Origin: Thalassobaculaceae bacterium
GTDB lineage: Bacteria; Pseudomonadota; Alphaproteobacteria; Thalassobaculales; Thalassobaculaceae
Direction of reading: 5' to 3'
Assembly (NCBI GenBank): GCA_965228875.1
Contig: OZ245843.1
Coordinates: 4,198,616-4,262,615 of the forward strand
DNA: 64,000 nucleotides
The notes under the pieces were generated by a model. The model had not been told where the DNA came from, made no database searches, and saw only the letters and a list, made by a program, of their open reading frames with translations. The first letter of the stretch is position 1. The number at the start of each line of letters is the position of its first letter. Position numbers and translations under genes: made by a program. Shown here piece after piece: positions 20,117 through 30,929 of this stretch.

Positions 20117-21100
20117 TTACGCGGCCCGGCGGTCGCCGCGAGCCGCCCACAATTCCTCCGCCGCCCGGGTCGCCGCTTCAAGCGATGCGTAGGCGTCGAC
20201 CGCAACCAGGGCCGCGGCCGCCGTTCCGACGACCACGTGCCCGGCGAAGGCGTCCTCGACCTCCCCGTTCCAGAGCGCGGCGAACCGGTCGGGAGCGATA
20301 TCGCTCTCGGCCAGGCGGCGCTTCTCGTCGACGAGCGGCGGCGCGATGTACTCGACCGCCTCGCCCGCGCGCAGGCCGTAGAGATCGATCGTCTTGGCTG
20401 GATGGCGTTCGAACTCGCCGCCGCCGCCTTTCAGAACGAGCATGTCGCGATCGCCGAGCAGGCGGGCCGCGTCCTGCTGCAGAAGCCGGTAGGAGGGGTG
20501 AAAGACGCCCTGCACCGCCGCCGGGGCCGCGGTCGGGTTCGCCAAGCGCAGCACCGTATTGATCGAGGACCGCAGTCCGAGCACTTCACGCAGTCGCAGG
20601 ACGGCGAGCGCCTCCGGACAGACCGCTTCGAGCGGCAGATAGACGATCCCCTGCCCGACCAGGGCGGAGCGTGCCGTCTCAGCCGTCTCCGCGACCGTGA
20701 TCCCGACGGCGGGAAGCGCGGTGCGCACGTCGGCGATCCCGTCCTGGTGCGAGTTCCAGCCGTGCAGGACGACCGGATATCCAGCCCGCGCGACCAGCCG
20801 CGCCGACATCAGGAACAGTGGCAGTCCGCGCGACCGCCCGGCGGCGTAGGTCGGCCAGTCGAGCACGGCGCCGAGGTCCCGCCAAGCGACCGTTCGCGCC
20901 CGCACCGCCTCGACGAAGCCCGCCACCTCCTCCGCGGTCTCGCCGCGGAACCTCAACAGCATCATCAGCGCGCCGACCGCCTCGGGCGCGGCGGTCCCCT
21001 CCAGGATCCGGGTCATCGCGTCCGCGGCCTCGGCCAGACTCAGGGAACGGCCGCGCGAGGGGCCACGGCCGACGGCCTGAATGTAGGGGGCAAGGCTCAT
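20117..21100 (-). CDS. YbiB-like glycosyltransferase family 3 (TrpD-like) protein
   Basis: GRGPSRGRSL, DWPTYAAG, LGLRSSINT, GVFHPSY, KGGGGEFE; ATGA-coupled to nasA. Confidence 0.8.
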   Translation of the reverse strand: MSLAPYIQAVGRGPSRGRSLSLAEAADAMTRILEGTAAPEAVGALMMLLRFRGETAEEVAGFVEAVRARTVAWRDLGAVLDWPTYAAGRSRGLPLFLMSARLVARAGYPVVLHGWNSHQDGIADVRTALPAVGITVAETAETARSALVGQGIVYLPLEAVCPEALAVLRLREVLGLRSSINTVLRLANPTAAPAAVQGVFHPSYRLLQQDAARLLGDRDMLVLKGGGGEFERHPAKTIDLYGLRAGEAVEYIAPPLVDEKRRLAESDIAPDRFAALWNGEVEDAFAGHVVVGTAAAALVAVDAYASLEAATRAAEELWAARGDRRAA

Positions 21101-23787
21101 TCCGCCGCCATCCTGTGAGCCGAGGATTCCAGAAGCGCCCGAAGCTCGGGGCGGCACGAGCCACAGTTGGTGCCGGCGTTCAGCGCCCGGCCGATCCCGT
21201 CGACGTCGATCAGGTCCTGCGAGGCAATCGCCGCCAGGATCGTGTTCATCCCGACATCGAAGCAGGAACAGACGATGGCGCCGGGGTCCGGTCTCGTCCC
21301 ACCGGGCCGGCCCGCCAGCAGGCTGGCGCCATCCTCCCGCGCGTCCAGCGCGCCGACCACATGGGCTCGCGAGACTTCGACCGGTCGGCGATCGGCGAAC
21401 AGCACCGCCCGCACCCGGCCGTCCGTCGTCAGCGCCACCCGCGCGATGCCCCGTCCCCGGTCGCTCACCGACACGGTCTCGCCGTGCTCCATCGCGAACA
21501 GGTCGCGAGCGAACCACTCCCAGTCGTCGGGAGGCTCGCGATCGGCGAGTTCGGCGCGCCATCCGTCGCGGGTCCGCGCCCTGGCCCAGTAGGCGGTCCG
21601 TGGGGAAAACTCGGATACCGACGCGACGAAGGCGTACCATCCGGCGGCGAACCGGGTGACGCGGGCGATTGAACCCTTAAGGTCGGGCTGACCGGAGATC
21701 GGGTCGGTCACCGGCGCCACCGCGGTTCCGATCCGGCCGGACGGCGCCCATTGCGCGGTCCAGTGCATCGGGACGAAGAGGTCGCCGCGCCGCACCCGCT
21801 CGGTCAGCAGCGCGCGCACCACGACCTGCCCCGTGGGGGTCTCGACCGCGACCAGGTCGGCATCCGCGATGCCGGCCGCCGCCGCATCCAGCGGATGGAT
21901 CTCGACGAAAGGCTCGGCGATGTGCTGGCTCAGCCGGGGGGACCGGGCGGTGCGGGTCATGGTGTGCCAGTGATCGCGCACCCGGCCGGTGTTCAGTCGG
22001 AAGGGATAGGTCTCCGCCGCCCCCCCGGTCGTCCCCCCGGTCGCCTGCGTGGCCGCCGCCGATGCCGCCGCCGATGCCGCCGCCGATGCCGCCGGCGGGA
22101 CGACCGCGATCGCCCGCGCCTTGCGGTCGCCGGTGTGGAACCGGCCGGTGCCGAAGAACCGCGCTGGGCCGGAGACCGGCCACCGGACGGGGGCCATGGC
22201 CTCGTAGCCGTCGTCGTCGAGGTGCGTGAGCGCGGCGATGTCGAAATCGGCGCCGAGCGAGACCGCGAGGGCGGAAAGGCCCGCATGCTCGCGGAAGATG
22301 TCGGCCGGCCCGGCGTAGTCGAACTGGGCGGCCCAGCCCAGGCGTGCCGCCACGTCGCACAGGATGCGCCAGTCCGGGCGTGCGCCGCCGGGGGTGTCCA
22401 GGAAAGTCCGTTGACGGCTGATCCGGCGTTCCGAGTTCGTGACGGTTCCCGACTTCTCCCCCCAGCCAGCGGCGGGAAGGCGGACGTCGGCAAGCTGCGC
22501 CGTGTCGGTATCGGCGATCATGTCGGAGACGACGACGAACGGGCAGGTCCGGATCGCCGCCCGCACGGCCTCGCCGTCCGGCATGCTCGCCGCCGGATTG
22601 GTCGACAGGATCCACAGCGCCTTGATCCGCCCGTCGGCACAGGCCTCGAAGAGATCCACCGCCTTGAGGCCCGGCCGCTCGGCGATCGTCGGTGCCTTCC
22701 AGTACGACCGGACCGCCGCGCGATGCGCCGCGTCGTCCAGGTCGAGATGCGCCGCCAGCATGTTCGCCAGGCCGCCGACCTCGCGTCCGCCCATGGCGTT
22801 GGGCTGTCCGGTCACCGAGAACGGCCCCATGCCGGGTCGGCCGATCCGGCCGGTCGCGAGGTGGCAGTTCAGGATCGCGTTGACCTTGTCCGTCCCGCAG
22901 ACGGACTGGTTGACCCCCTGGCTGTAGACGGTGACGACGCGGTCGGCGGATATCCACATCTCGTAGAACGCCGCGACCGTGTCCCTGGACAAGGCGGCCG
23001 CTTCCGCCACGGCGTCCAGCGACGCCTGTTGCGCCGACGCCAGGGCCGCGTCCAGACCGGCGACGTGGGCGTCGACGAAGTCGCGGTCGATCATGCCGAG
23101 CGCGTCGATCCGGTGCAGCAGGCCGTTGAACAGCATCACGTCGCTGCCGGGTGCCAGCGGCAGATGCAGGTCGGCCAGGTCGTTGGTGGCCGTGCGGCGC
23201 GGGTCGATGTTGACCACCCGCATCCCGGGCCGGGCCGACTTCGCGGCGACCAGCCGCTGATAGAGGACGGGGTGGCACCAGGCGAGGTTCGAGCCGACCA
23301 GGACGACGAGATCGGCCAGCTCCAGATCCTCGTAGGTGCCGGGGACCGTGTCCGACCCGAAGGCCCGTTTGTGGCCGGCCACCGAAGACGCCATGCAAAG
23401 CCGGGAGTTGGTGTCGATGTTGGCCGAGCCGATGAAGCCCTTCATCAGCTTGTTGGCGACGTAGTAGTCCTCGGTCAGCAGCTGGCCGGAGCCGTAGAAG
23501 GCCACGCTGTCGGGACCGTGCTCGGCGATGGCCTGGCCGAACCGCGCCGCGACCAGGCCCAGCGCCTCGTCCCACTCCGCCTCGCGGTCGCCGATCCTGG
23601 GGGCGAGCAGCCGGCCCTCCAGGCCGACGGTCTCGCCCAGGGCCGCCCCCTTCGAGCAGAGCCGCCCGAAGTTCGCTGGGTGCTCGGGGTCGCCCGTCAC
23701 CGACACCCCGCCGGCGGAATCGCGCTCGACAAGAAGTCCGCAGCCGACGCCACAATACGGACAGGTGGTGCGGACCGGATCGGCCAT
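21097..23787 (-). CDS. nasA: Assimilatory nitrate reductase catalytic subunit
   Basis: TCPYCGVGCG...LCSKG Fe-S motif, NSRLCMAS, GQPNAMGGRE, C-terminal CSC...CGSC (2Fe-2S). Confidence 0.95.
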   Translation of the reverse strand: MADPVRTTCPYCGVGCGLLVERDSAGGVSVTGDPEHPANFGRLCSKGAALGETVGLEGRLLAPRIGDREAEWDEALGLVAARFGQAIAEHGPDSVAFYGSGQLLTEDYYVANKLMKGFIGSANIDTNSRLCMASSVAGHKRAFGSDTVPGTYEDLELADLVVLVGSNLAWCHPVLYQRLVAAKSARPGMRVVNIDPRRTATNDLADLHLPLAPGSDVMLFNGLLHRIDALGMIDRDFVDAHVAGLDAALASAQQASLDAVAEAAALSRDTVAAFYEMWISADRVVTVYSQGVNQSVCGTDKVNAILNCHLATGRIGRPGMGPFSVTGQPNAMGGREVGGLANMLAAHLDLDDAAHRAAVRSYWKAPTIAERPGLKAVDLFEACADGRIKALWILSTNPAASMPDGEAVRAAIRTCPFVVVSDMIADTDTAQLADVRLPAAGWGEKSGTVTNSERRISRQRTFLDTPGGARPDWRILCDVAARLGWAAQFDYAGPADIFREHAGLSALAVSLGADFDIAALTHLDDDGYEAMAPVRWPVSGPARFFGTGRFHTGDRKARAIAVVPPAASAAASAAASAAATQATGGTTGGAAETYPFRLNTGRVRDHWHTMTRTARSPRLSQHIAEPFVEIHPLDAAAAGIADADLVAVETPTGQVVVRALLTERVRRGDLFVPMHWTAQWAPSGRIGTAVAPVTDPISGQPDLKGSIARVTRFAAGWYAFVASVSEFSPRTAYWARARTRDGWRAELADREPPDDWEWFARDLFAMEHGETVSVSDRGRGIARVALTTDGRVRAVLFADRRPVEVSRAHVVGALDAREDGASLLAGRPGGTRPDPGAIVCSCFDVGMNTILAAIASQDLIDVDGIGRALNAGTNCGSCRPELRALLESSAHRMAAE
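22021..22093. repeat. In-frame 12-bp tandem repeats within a nasA linker
   Basis: GCCGCCGCCGAT x3.5 (22052-22093, encodes ASAA units) and CCCCCCGGTCGT x2 (22021-22043). Confidence 0.8.
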
Positions 23788-23788
23788 G

Positions 23789-24124
23789 TCAGGCGGCCTT
23801 CACCCGGCGCGCCAAGACGCCGTCGATCAGCATGCGCCGGTCCTCGACGCGCACGCGGAAGGTCTTCACCTGGCCCGCGTCCGCTCCCAGGGCGAGGCCG
23901 GTTTCCAGCGAGATCACCCAGTTGTGCAGGGGGCAAGTGACCGACCGTCCGTGGACGATGCCGTCGGACAGCGGTCCGCCTTTGTGCGGACAGCGGTCCT
24001 CGAGCGCGAACACCTCGTCGTCGGCGGTGCGAAACACCGCGACGCAGCCGATGGCGGAGCGGATCACCCGGCTGCCGCGCACGGGGACGTCATCCAGCGC
24101 CCCGATATCGATCCACTCGGTCAT
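23789..24124 (-). CDS. nirD: Nitrite reductase small (Rieske-type) subunit
   Basis: MTEWIDIG..., CPHKGGPL, CPLHNW. Confidence 0.93.
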   Translation of the reverse strand: MTEWIDIGALDDVPVRGSRVIRSAIGCVAVFRTADDEVFALEDRCPHKGGPLSDGIVHGRSVTCPLHNWVISLETGLALGADAGQVKTFRVRVEDRRMLIDGVLARRVKAA

Positions 24125-26562
24125 TCCGCTGCCTCCAGAACCAGGTCCGCCAGGGGCCGGAATTGCCGCGCCGGCTCGGCCTGCGCCCGTTCGGCCCAAG
24201 GGTCCCGCTGGAACACCTGCTGACTGAAGTCGAAACGCGCGACCAGGGCGGCGCGGCTGTCCAGGTCGTCGACCACCCGTTCCCTCACCCAGTCGAGTCC
24301 GACCTTGGCGACCCACTTGTACGGCCGGTCGAGGTACTTGGCGTTCTCGCGGTAGAGCTGGACAAAGGCGCAGATGATTTCGATCGCCTCGTCCTGATCG
24401 GCGACCTTCGCCAGCGCCTCTGTCTCCTTGACGTCCATGCCGGCCGCCCCCGCGACGCCGATCTCGAACCCGCTGTCGACGCAGATGACGCCCACGTCCT
24501 TGCAGGTCGCCTCGGCGCAGTTTCTCGGACAGCCGGACACCGCCATCTTCACCTTGTGCGGTGTCCAGGAACCCCACATCCGCTTCTCGATGGCGATGCC
24601 GAGACCGGTCGAGTCCTGGGTGCCGAAACGGCAGTGGTCGGTTCCGACGCAGGTCTTCACCGTGCGCAGGCCCTTGGCATAAGCGTGGCCGGAGACCAGT
24701 CCGGCGGCATTTAGATCGGCCCAGATCGCCGGGAGGTCGTGCTTGCGCACGCCGAGCAGATCGATGCGCTGACCGCCGGTCACCTTGACGGTCGGGACGT
24801 CGTAGCGCTCCGCCGCATCGGCGATGGCGCGAAGCTCCGCCGGATTGGTGATGCCGCCCCACATCCGGGGTACGACGGAGAAGGTGCCGTCCTTCTGGAT
24901 GTTGGCGTGGTTGCGCTCGTTGACGAAACGGCTCTGCGGATCGTCGACATATTCCCCGGGCCATTCCGACAGCAGGTAGTAGTTCAGCGCCGGCCGGCAG
25001 ACGTGACAGCCGCAGGACGTTTTCCACCCGCATTCCTGCATCACCGCCGGCATCGACTTCAGGTCCCGCGCCTTTATCAGGCGCCGGACATCCTCGTGGG
25101 TCAGGTCGGTGCAGCCGCATATCGGGCGCGCGGCCTGCTGTTCGTAGTCGCCGCCCAGGGTGAGTGCGAGCAGCTGCTCGACCAGCCCGGTACAGGTGCC
25201 GCAACTCGACGATGCCTTGGTGGTCGCCCGGACCGCGTCCAGGTCGCCGGCACCGCTCGAGATCGCGGTGACGATCTGTCCCTTGCACACGCCGTTGCAG
25301 CCGCAGATCTCCGCCTCATCCGGCAATGCTGCAACGGCCGCCATAGGGTCCAGCGGGGACCCTCCCGCATAGGCCGGCCCGAAGATCAGGGTGTCGCGGG
25401 TCTGCGAGACATCGCTGCCGTCCTTGAGCTGCCCGAAGAACCAGGCGCCGTCGGTGGTATCGCCATACATGACGACGCCGACGATGCGGTTCCCTTCGAG
25501 GACCAGGCGCTTGTAGACGCCGCGCGCGGCGTCACGGAACACGATCTCCTCGCGGTCGTCGCGATCTGCGAAGTCGCCGGCGGAGAACAGGTCGATGCCG
25601 GTGACCTTGAGCTTGGTCGACGTCACCGACCCTTCGTAGGCCGCCGCGTCGCCCAGGAGCGACCGGGCGGCGACCTTGGCCATGTCGTACAGCGGCGCCA
25701 CCAGGCCGTAGCACTGACCGGCGTGCTCGACGCATTCGCCCACCGCCAGAACGTCGGTGTCGGAGGTCACCATGGCGTCGTCGACATGGATGCCGCGCCC
25801 GGTGGCGAGGCCGGCCGCCTCCGCAATCGCCTTGTCCGGGCGGATGCCGACGGCCATCACCACGATGTCGGCCGGATACTCGGTGCCGTCGTCGAGGCGC
25901 ACGGCCTCGACACGCCCGGTGCCGACGATCTCGTGGGTGTTGGCCTTGCAGTGGACGGCGATACCGCGCGCTTCGAGCGCCTTCTGCAGCAGATAGCCCG
26001 CCGCCGGGTCGAGCTGGCGCTCCATCAGGGTGGGCATCAGGTGCAGGACGGTCACCTCCATGCCCCGGGCCTTGAGGCCGGCCGCCGCCTCGAGGCCCAG
26101 CAAGCCGCCGCCGATCACCACGGCTTTCGCCGCCGGACGCGCCGCCGCGCGCAGCATGGCGTTGACGTCGTCCAGGTCCCGGTAGCTCAGGACACCCTCG
26201 AGGTCCCTGCCCGGAACCGGAATGATGAAGGGCTGGGAGCCGGTGGCGATCAGCAGCTTGTCGTAGGGCGTTTCCCCGTTCGCGGTCACGACGACCTTGC
26301 GGGAGCGGTCGATTGCCTCGACCTTCTCCCCGAACCTGCACGCGATCTCGTTGGCCGCGTACCAGTCGCCGTCGTGGGTGACGATCTCCTCGTACGTCTT
26401 CTCGCCGGACAGGACCGGGGAGAGCATGATGCGGTTGTAGTTGCCCCGCGGCTCGGCGCCGAACAGGGTGATTTCATAGGCGTCGCGGTCCGCCTCCTGC
26501 AGGTGCTCCAGCACCCGGCCGGAGGCCATGCCGGCGCCGATGACGACAAGCTTGCGTTTCAT
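24121..26562 (-). CDS. nirB: NADH-dependent nitrite reductase large subunit
   Basis: GAGMAS FAD motif, GGGLLGLE, CGCNGVC, CVGTDHC...GCPRNC siroheme/Fe-S ligands. Confidence 0.95.
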   Translation of the reverse strand: MKRKLVVIGAGMASGRVLEHLQEADRDAYEITLFGAEPRGNYNRIMLSPVLSGEKTYEEIVTHDGDWYAANEIACRFGEKVEAIDRSRKVVVTANGETPYDKLLIATGSQPFIIPVPGRDLEGVLSYRDLDDVNAMLRAAARPAAKAVVIGGGLLGLEAAAGLKARGMEVTVLHLMPTLMERQLDPAAGYLLQKALEARGIAVHCKANTHEIVGTGRVEAVRLDDGTEYPADIVVMAVGIRPDKAIAEAAGLATGRGIHVDDAMVTSDTDVLAVGECVEHAGQCYGLVAPLYDMAKVAARSLLGDAAAYEGSVTSTKLKVTGIDLFSAGDFADRDDREEIVFRDAARGVYKRLVLEGNRIVGVVMYGDTTDGAWFFGQLKDGSDVSQTRDTLIFGPAYAGGSPLDPMAAVAALPDEAEICGCNGVCKGQIVTAISSGAGDLDAVRATTKASSSCGTCTGLVEQLLALTLGGDYEQQAARPICGCTDLTHEDVRRLIKARDLKSMPAVMQECGWKTSCGCHVCRPALNYYLLSEWPGEYVDDPQSRFVNERNHANIQKDGTFSVVPRMWGGITNPAELRAIADAAERYDVPTVKVTGGQRIDLLGVRKHDLPAIWADLNAAGLVSGHAYAKGLRTVKTCVGTDHCRFGTQDSTGLGIAIEKRMWGSWTPHKVKMAVSGCPRNCAEATCKDVGVICVDSGFEIGVAGAAGMDVKETEALAKVADQDEAIEIICAFVQLYRENAKYLDRPYKWVAKVGLDWVRERVVDDLDSRAALVARFDFSQQVFQRDPWAERAQAEPARQFRPLADLVLEAAE

Positions 26563-26658
26563 GCGGTATCTCCCGCCACGTTGGTGGGGGCCGGCATCGG
26601 CTCGGCGCTTTGCTCGAACGTCAGGGGCATGATCCGGTCTCCTCTTCGCTCTGGTCGC

Positions 26659-28314
26659 TCAGGCGGCCTTGGCGGGCGCACCGCGCTCGTACTCCTCGAG
26701 GAAGCTCAGGATCTCCTCGCGGTAGCCGTAGTAGTTTGGGTGCTCGAGCAGGGCCTTGCGGGTCCGGGGCCGCGGCAGGTCGACGTCCAGGATCCTGCCG
26801 ATCGTCGCCCGCGGGCCGTTGGTCATCATCACCACCCGGTCGGCCAGCAGGATGGCTTCGTCGACGTCGTGGGTGACGCAGACGGCGGTCACCTTGGTGC
26901 GCGACCAGACCTCCATCAGCACTTCCTGGAGTTCCCAGCGGGTCAGGCTGTCGAGCATGCCGAACGGCTCGTCGAGCAGAAGGAGCTTGGGGCTGAGGGC
27001 GAAGGCGCGGGCGATGCCGACGCGCTGTCGCATGCCGTTCGAAAGGTCGCTGGCCGGCTTGTCCATGGCGTCGGCCAGGCCGACCCGCTCCAGGTAGTAC
27101 TCGACCACCTCCTCGCGCTCGCCCTGGGTCGCCTTGGGGTAGACCCTGTCGACGCCGATCGCCACGTTCTGCTTGGCGGTCAGCCAAGGAAACAGCGACG
27201 GCGCCTGAAACACCACCGCGCGCTCCGGGTCGGCGTCGACCACATGTCGGCCGTCCAGGACGATGCCGCCGCCGGAGATCCCGTTGAGGCCGGCGGTCAT
27301 GGTCAGGACCGTCGACTTGCCGCAGCCGGAATGGCCGATCAGCGAGACGAACTCGCCTTTCTTCATGGTCAGCTCGAAATCCTCGACCACGGTGAGCGGG
27401 CCGTTCGGCGTCGGGTAGACCTTGGAGAGTTGCGAGAACTGCAGGTAGCGATCGTCGGCCACCGATTTGGCCGCCTCGGCATAGGCCTTCGGTGCGCCAT
27501 GGATCGGGGTGACGTCCGGCAGGATCCGCGTCTCGACCACCTTTGCGGCGATGCCGACATCCATCAGATACTGCGTGACCCTTCCGCGCAGATGCTTGAA
27601 GGCAGGGTTGTGGTTCATCGCCGTGCGGTCGCGGGGACGGGCGAGGTTGACCTCGAACGCCTCGCCGAGCGTGCCGTCTGGATTCAACGGGATGATCCGG
27701 TCGGCGAGCAGGATGGCCTCGTCGACATCGTTGGTGATCAGCACGACCGTCTTGCGGTCGGCTTCCCAGATCCGCTCGATCTCGTCCTGAAGATTGGCGC
27801 GGGTCAGCGCGTCGAGGGCGGAGAGCGGCTCGTCCAGAAGCAGGACCTCCGGGTTCATGGCCAGCGCCCGGGCCACGGCGACGCGCTGGCGCATGCCGCC
27901 CGACAGCTCGGCCGGGCGACGGTCACGGGCATGGCCGAGCCCGACCATCTCCACATAGCGGTCGACGGTGGCCGCCCGTTCCTTTCCGGACTTTCCGGCG
28001 GAGACGGAGTCGACCGCCAGCGCCACGTTGCCCGTCACCGTCAGCCAGGGCATCAGCGAGTAGGACTGGAACACCAGCCCGCGTTCCGGTCCCGGCCCGG
28101 TGATCGGTGCGCCACGGAACAGCGCCTCGCCCCGGTCCGGAAGCTCCAGACCGGCGAGGATGTTCATCAGGGTCGACTTGCCCGTACCCGAGAACCCGAG
28201 GATGGCGACGAACTCCCCGGCCTGGACCTCCAGGTCGATGCCGCGCAGCACGTCGTCGCGCTCCACGCCCTCGCCGAACCCCTTGGTGACGTCTTTCAGC
28301 GTCAGAATGCTCAT
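26659..28314 (-). CDS. nasD: Nitrate ABC transporter ATP-binding protein (two fused ATPase domains)
   Basis: Two Walker A motifs (GFSGTGKS, GHSGCGKS) and two signatures (LSGGMRQR, LSNGMRQR). Confidence 0.88.
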   Translation of the reverse strand: MSILTLKDVTKGFGEGVERDDVLRGIDLEVQAGEFVAILGFSGTGKSTLMNILAGLELPDRGEALFRGAPITGPGPERGLVFQSYSLMPWLTVTGNVALAVDSVSAGKSGKERAATVDRYVEMVGLGHARDRRPAELSGGMRQRVAVARALAMNPEVLLLDEPLSALDALTRANLQDEIERIWEADRKTVVLITNDVDEAILLADRIIPLNPDGTLGEAFEVNLARPRDRTAMNHNPAFKHLRGRVTQYLMDVGIAAKVVETRILPDVTPIHGAPKAYAEAAKSVADDRYLQFSQLSKVYPTPNGPLTVVEDFELTMKKGEFVSLIGHSGCGKSTVLTMTAGLNGISGGGIVLDGRHVVDADPERAVVFQAPSLFPWLTAKQNVAIGVDRVYPKATQGEREEVVEYYLERVGLADAMDKPASDLSNGMRQRVGIARAFALSPKLLLLDEPFGMLDSLTRWELQEVLMEVWSRTKVTAVCVTHDVDEAILLADRVVMMTNGPRATIGRILDVDLPRPRTRKALLEHPNYYGYREEILSFLEEYERGAPAKAA

Positions 28315-28319
28315 GGCGC

Positions 28320-29405
28320 TCACCGCGTGCTGGAGAAGCTGAAGGCGGACTGGATGGCGTACATCATCCGGTCGAGCAGGAAGCCGATCAGGCCGATGGT
28401 GAAGACGGCGACCATGATCCTGGCCAGGCTCTGGGAGGATCCGTTCTGGAACTCGTCCCACACGAACTTCCCGAGACCGGGGTTCTGCGCCAGCATCTCG
28501 GCGGCGATCAGCACCATCCAGCCGACGCCGAGCGAGAGGCGCAGGCCGGTGAAGATCAGGGGCAGCGCGGATGGCAGAACCAGCTTGGTGATCTTGGTCC
28601 AGGTCGAGAGCTTCAGCACGCGGCCGACATTCACCAGATCCTTATCGATCGACGCGACCCCGTGGGCAGTGTTGATGAGGGTCGGCCAGAGCGAGCAGAG
28701 GGTCACGGTGATGGCCGAGGTCAGGAACGATTTCGACATCAGCCCGTCGTTGGTCGTGTAGGCCGCTGACACGATCATCGTGACGATCGGCAGCCAGGCC
28801 AGCGGCGAGACCGGCTTGAAGATCTGGATAAGCGGGTTGATCGCCGCGTTCGCCGACCGTGACAGGCCGCACAGGATGCCGACGGGCACGGCGACGGCGG
28901 TCGCCAGAAGGAAGCCGAAGAACACGGTCTGGATCGAGGTCCAGATCTGATCGTAGTAGGTCGGAGCCCCGGTGTAGTCGCGCCACTTCACCCGGTCTTC
29001 CTTGCCGGCGGCGATCAGCTTGGCATTCCGCTTCTCCTGGCGCTCCATGAAGGCCGCTTCCTTGTCCCGCTCGCGCAGGTAGTCGGCATGCAGGTTCTCG
29101 ACCTGCTCCCAGACCTCGACGGGGCCGGGAATGGCGCCGAGCGAGGTCTGAACGGTCGGTGCGAGCTGCGCCCAGGCGAACAGGAAGACGACGATCGACA
29201 GCACCGGTATTCCGAGCTGGCGCCAGACCTCGCGCATCTGCGTGGCCGGGCTGTCGCCGGCGGCGGCGCGGAGTACCGGGGTCACCCAACCCAGGCCGAA
29301 GATATTCAGATAGGCGTCCATCCGGCTGATCCGGGCATGGAGCCGTTCCCGGCGCGCCACGCGCCGTTCGGAGGTCGGGCTGTCGTTGTCGGTGATGGCG
29401 GCCAT
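28320..29405 (-). CDS. nasE: Nitrate ABC transporter permease
   Basis: [30 protein letters not shown]. Confidence 0.88.
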   Translation of the reverse strand: MAAITDNDSPTSERRVARRERLHARISRMDAYLNIFGLGWVTPVLRAAAGDSPATQMREVWRQLGIPVLSIVVFLFAWAQLAPTVQTSLGAIPGPVEVWEQVENLHADYLRERDKEAAFMERQEKRNAKLIAAGKEDRVKWRDYTGAPTYYDQIWTSIQTVFFGFLLATAVAVPVGILCGLSRSANAAINPLIQIFKPVSPLAWLPIVTMIVSAAYTTNDGLMSKSFLTSAITVTLCSLWPTLINTAHGVASIDKDLVNVGRVLKLSTWTKITKLVLPSALPLIFTGLRLSLGVGWMVLIAAEMLAQNPGLGKFVWDEFQNGSSQSLARIMVAVFTIGLIGFLLDRMMYAIQSAFSFSSTR

Positions 29406-29436
29406 CTCGGACCTCGCGTGTGGAGCGGTTTCGTGT

Positions 29437-29480
29437 GGGGGTCTCGTGGGGGCGTATCGGGGGCGTATAGGGGGCGTCGC
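29437..29480 (+). repeat. 11-bp tandem repeat with four G5 tracts (G-quadruplex motif)
   Basis: GGGGGTCTCGT GGGGGCGTATC GGGGGCGTATA GGGGGCGTCGC. Confidence 0.8.
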
Positions 29481-29513
29481 CCGCCGGCTCGGCGCCGGCG
29501 GGCGGGTGCCGGG

Positions 29514-30878
29514 TCAGCCGCTGACGGCGTTGCCGACGACGCGCTCGTCGCCCTTCAGGCCGATCGGGAACTGTTCCAGATAGGCGTTGGGGGTGCGGCC
29601 ATTGAACGTCACGCCGTCGATGAACTCGCTCTGCGGCGCGCGATAGCCGTCGGTGTCCCAGGGGAAATCGGCCTTCGCCACCAGTCCCTCTTCGACCAGC
29701 ATCTCGGCCGCCTCGAGATAGATGTCCGGGCGGTAGACCTTTCGCGCCACCTCGTCGTACCAGCTGTCCGGCTTGGCCTCGGCGATCTGGCCCCAGCGGC
29801 GCATCTGCGACAGGTACCAGACCGCATCGGAGTAGTAGGGATAGGTCGCGAAGTAGCGGAAGAAGACGTTGAAGTCCGGAACCTCGCGCTTGTCGCCCTT
29901 CTCGTACTCGAAGGTGCCGGTCATCGAGTTGGCGATGACGTCGTGGTCCGCGCCCACGTATTCCGAGCGGGCCAGGATCTCGACCGCCTCCGGCCGGTTG
30001 GCGTTGTCGTTCTCATCCAGCCACTGGGCGGCACGGATCAGCGCCTTGGTCAGCGCCAGGGTGGTGTTCGGATAGGTCTCGGCGAATTCGGCGGTGATGC
30101 CGAAGACCTTCTCCGGGTTGTTCTTCCAGATCTCGTAGTCGGTGATGACCGGCACGCCGATGCCTTTGAACACCGCCTGCTGGTTCCACGGCTCGCCGAC
30201 GCAGTAGCCGTAGATGGTGCCGGCTTCCAGCGTGGCCGGCATCTGCGGCGGCGGCGTGACCGACAACAGCACGTCGGCGTCGATCTGGCCGGTGACGTTC
30301 TGCGGCGAGTAGTAGCCCGGCTTCAGGCCGCCGGCGGCGAGCCAGTAGCGCAGTTCGTAGTTGTGCGTGGAGACCGGGAAGACCATGCCCATGTTGAAGG
30401 GCTTGCCGTCGGCCTTGTACTTGTCGACCACCGGCTTGAGCGCCGAGGCCGGGATCGGGTGCACCGGCTTGCCGTCGGCGCCGGCCGGGACGTGCTTCTT
30501 CATCTCCTCCCAGACCGCGTTCGACACGGTGATGCCGTTGCCGTTCAGGTCCATGGAGAACGGGGTGATGATGTGCGCCTCGGTGCCGAAGCCGATGGTC
30601 GCGGCCAGGGGCTGGCCGGCCAGCATGTGGGCGCCGTCCAACTGGCCGTCGATGACGCGGTCCAGCAGCACCTTCCAGTTCGCCTGGGGCTCCAGGGTGA
30701 CGAACAGCCCCTCGTCCTCGAAATAGCCCTTCTCGTAGGCCACGGCGAGCGGCGCCATGTCGGTCAGCTTGATGAAGCCGAACTTCAGCTCGTCCTTCTC
30801 CACGTCCAGCATCTCGGCCTGGGCCGGTGCCACGATCGAGAGCGCGAGGAGCGCGGCTGCGCAGGAAACAAGTCTCAT
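29514..30878 (-). CDS. nasF: Nitrate ABC substrate-binding protein (NrtA/CmpA family)
   Basis: [42 protein letters not shown]; signal peptide. Confidence 0.9.
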   Translation of the reverse strand: MRLVSCAAALLALSIVAPAQAEMLDVEKDELKFGFIKLTDMAPLAVAYEKGYFEDEGLFVTLEPQANWKVLLDRVIDGQLDGAHMLAGQPLAATIGFGTEAHIITPFSMDLNGNGITVSNAVWEEMKKHVPAGADGKPVHPIPASALKPVVDKYKADGKPFNMGMVFPVSTHNYELRYWLAAGGLKPGYYSPQNVTGQIDADVLLSVTPPPQMPATLEAGTIYGYCVGEPWNQQAVFKGIGVPVITDYEIWKNNPEKVFGITAEFAETYPNTTLALTKALIRAAQWLDENDNANRPEAVEILARSEYVGADHDVIANSMTGTFEYEKGDKREVPDFNVFFRYFATYPYYSDAVWYLSQMRRWGQIAEAKPDSWYDEVARKVYRPDIYLEAAEMLVEEGLVAKADFPWDTDGYRAPQSEFIDGVTFNGRTPNAYLEQFPIGLKGDERVVGNAVSG

Positions 30879-30929
30879 CGTCTCATTCCTTCTTCCGCCG
30901 ATCGCGCCGGATTTCCCGAAGCGCGAACG

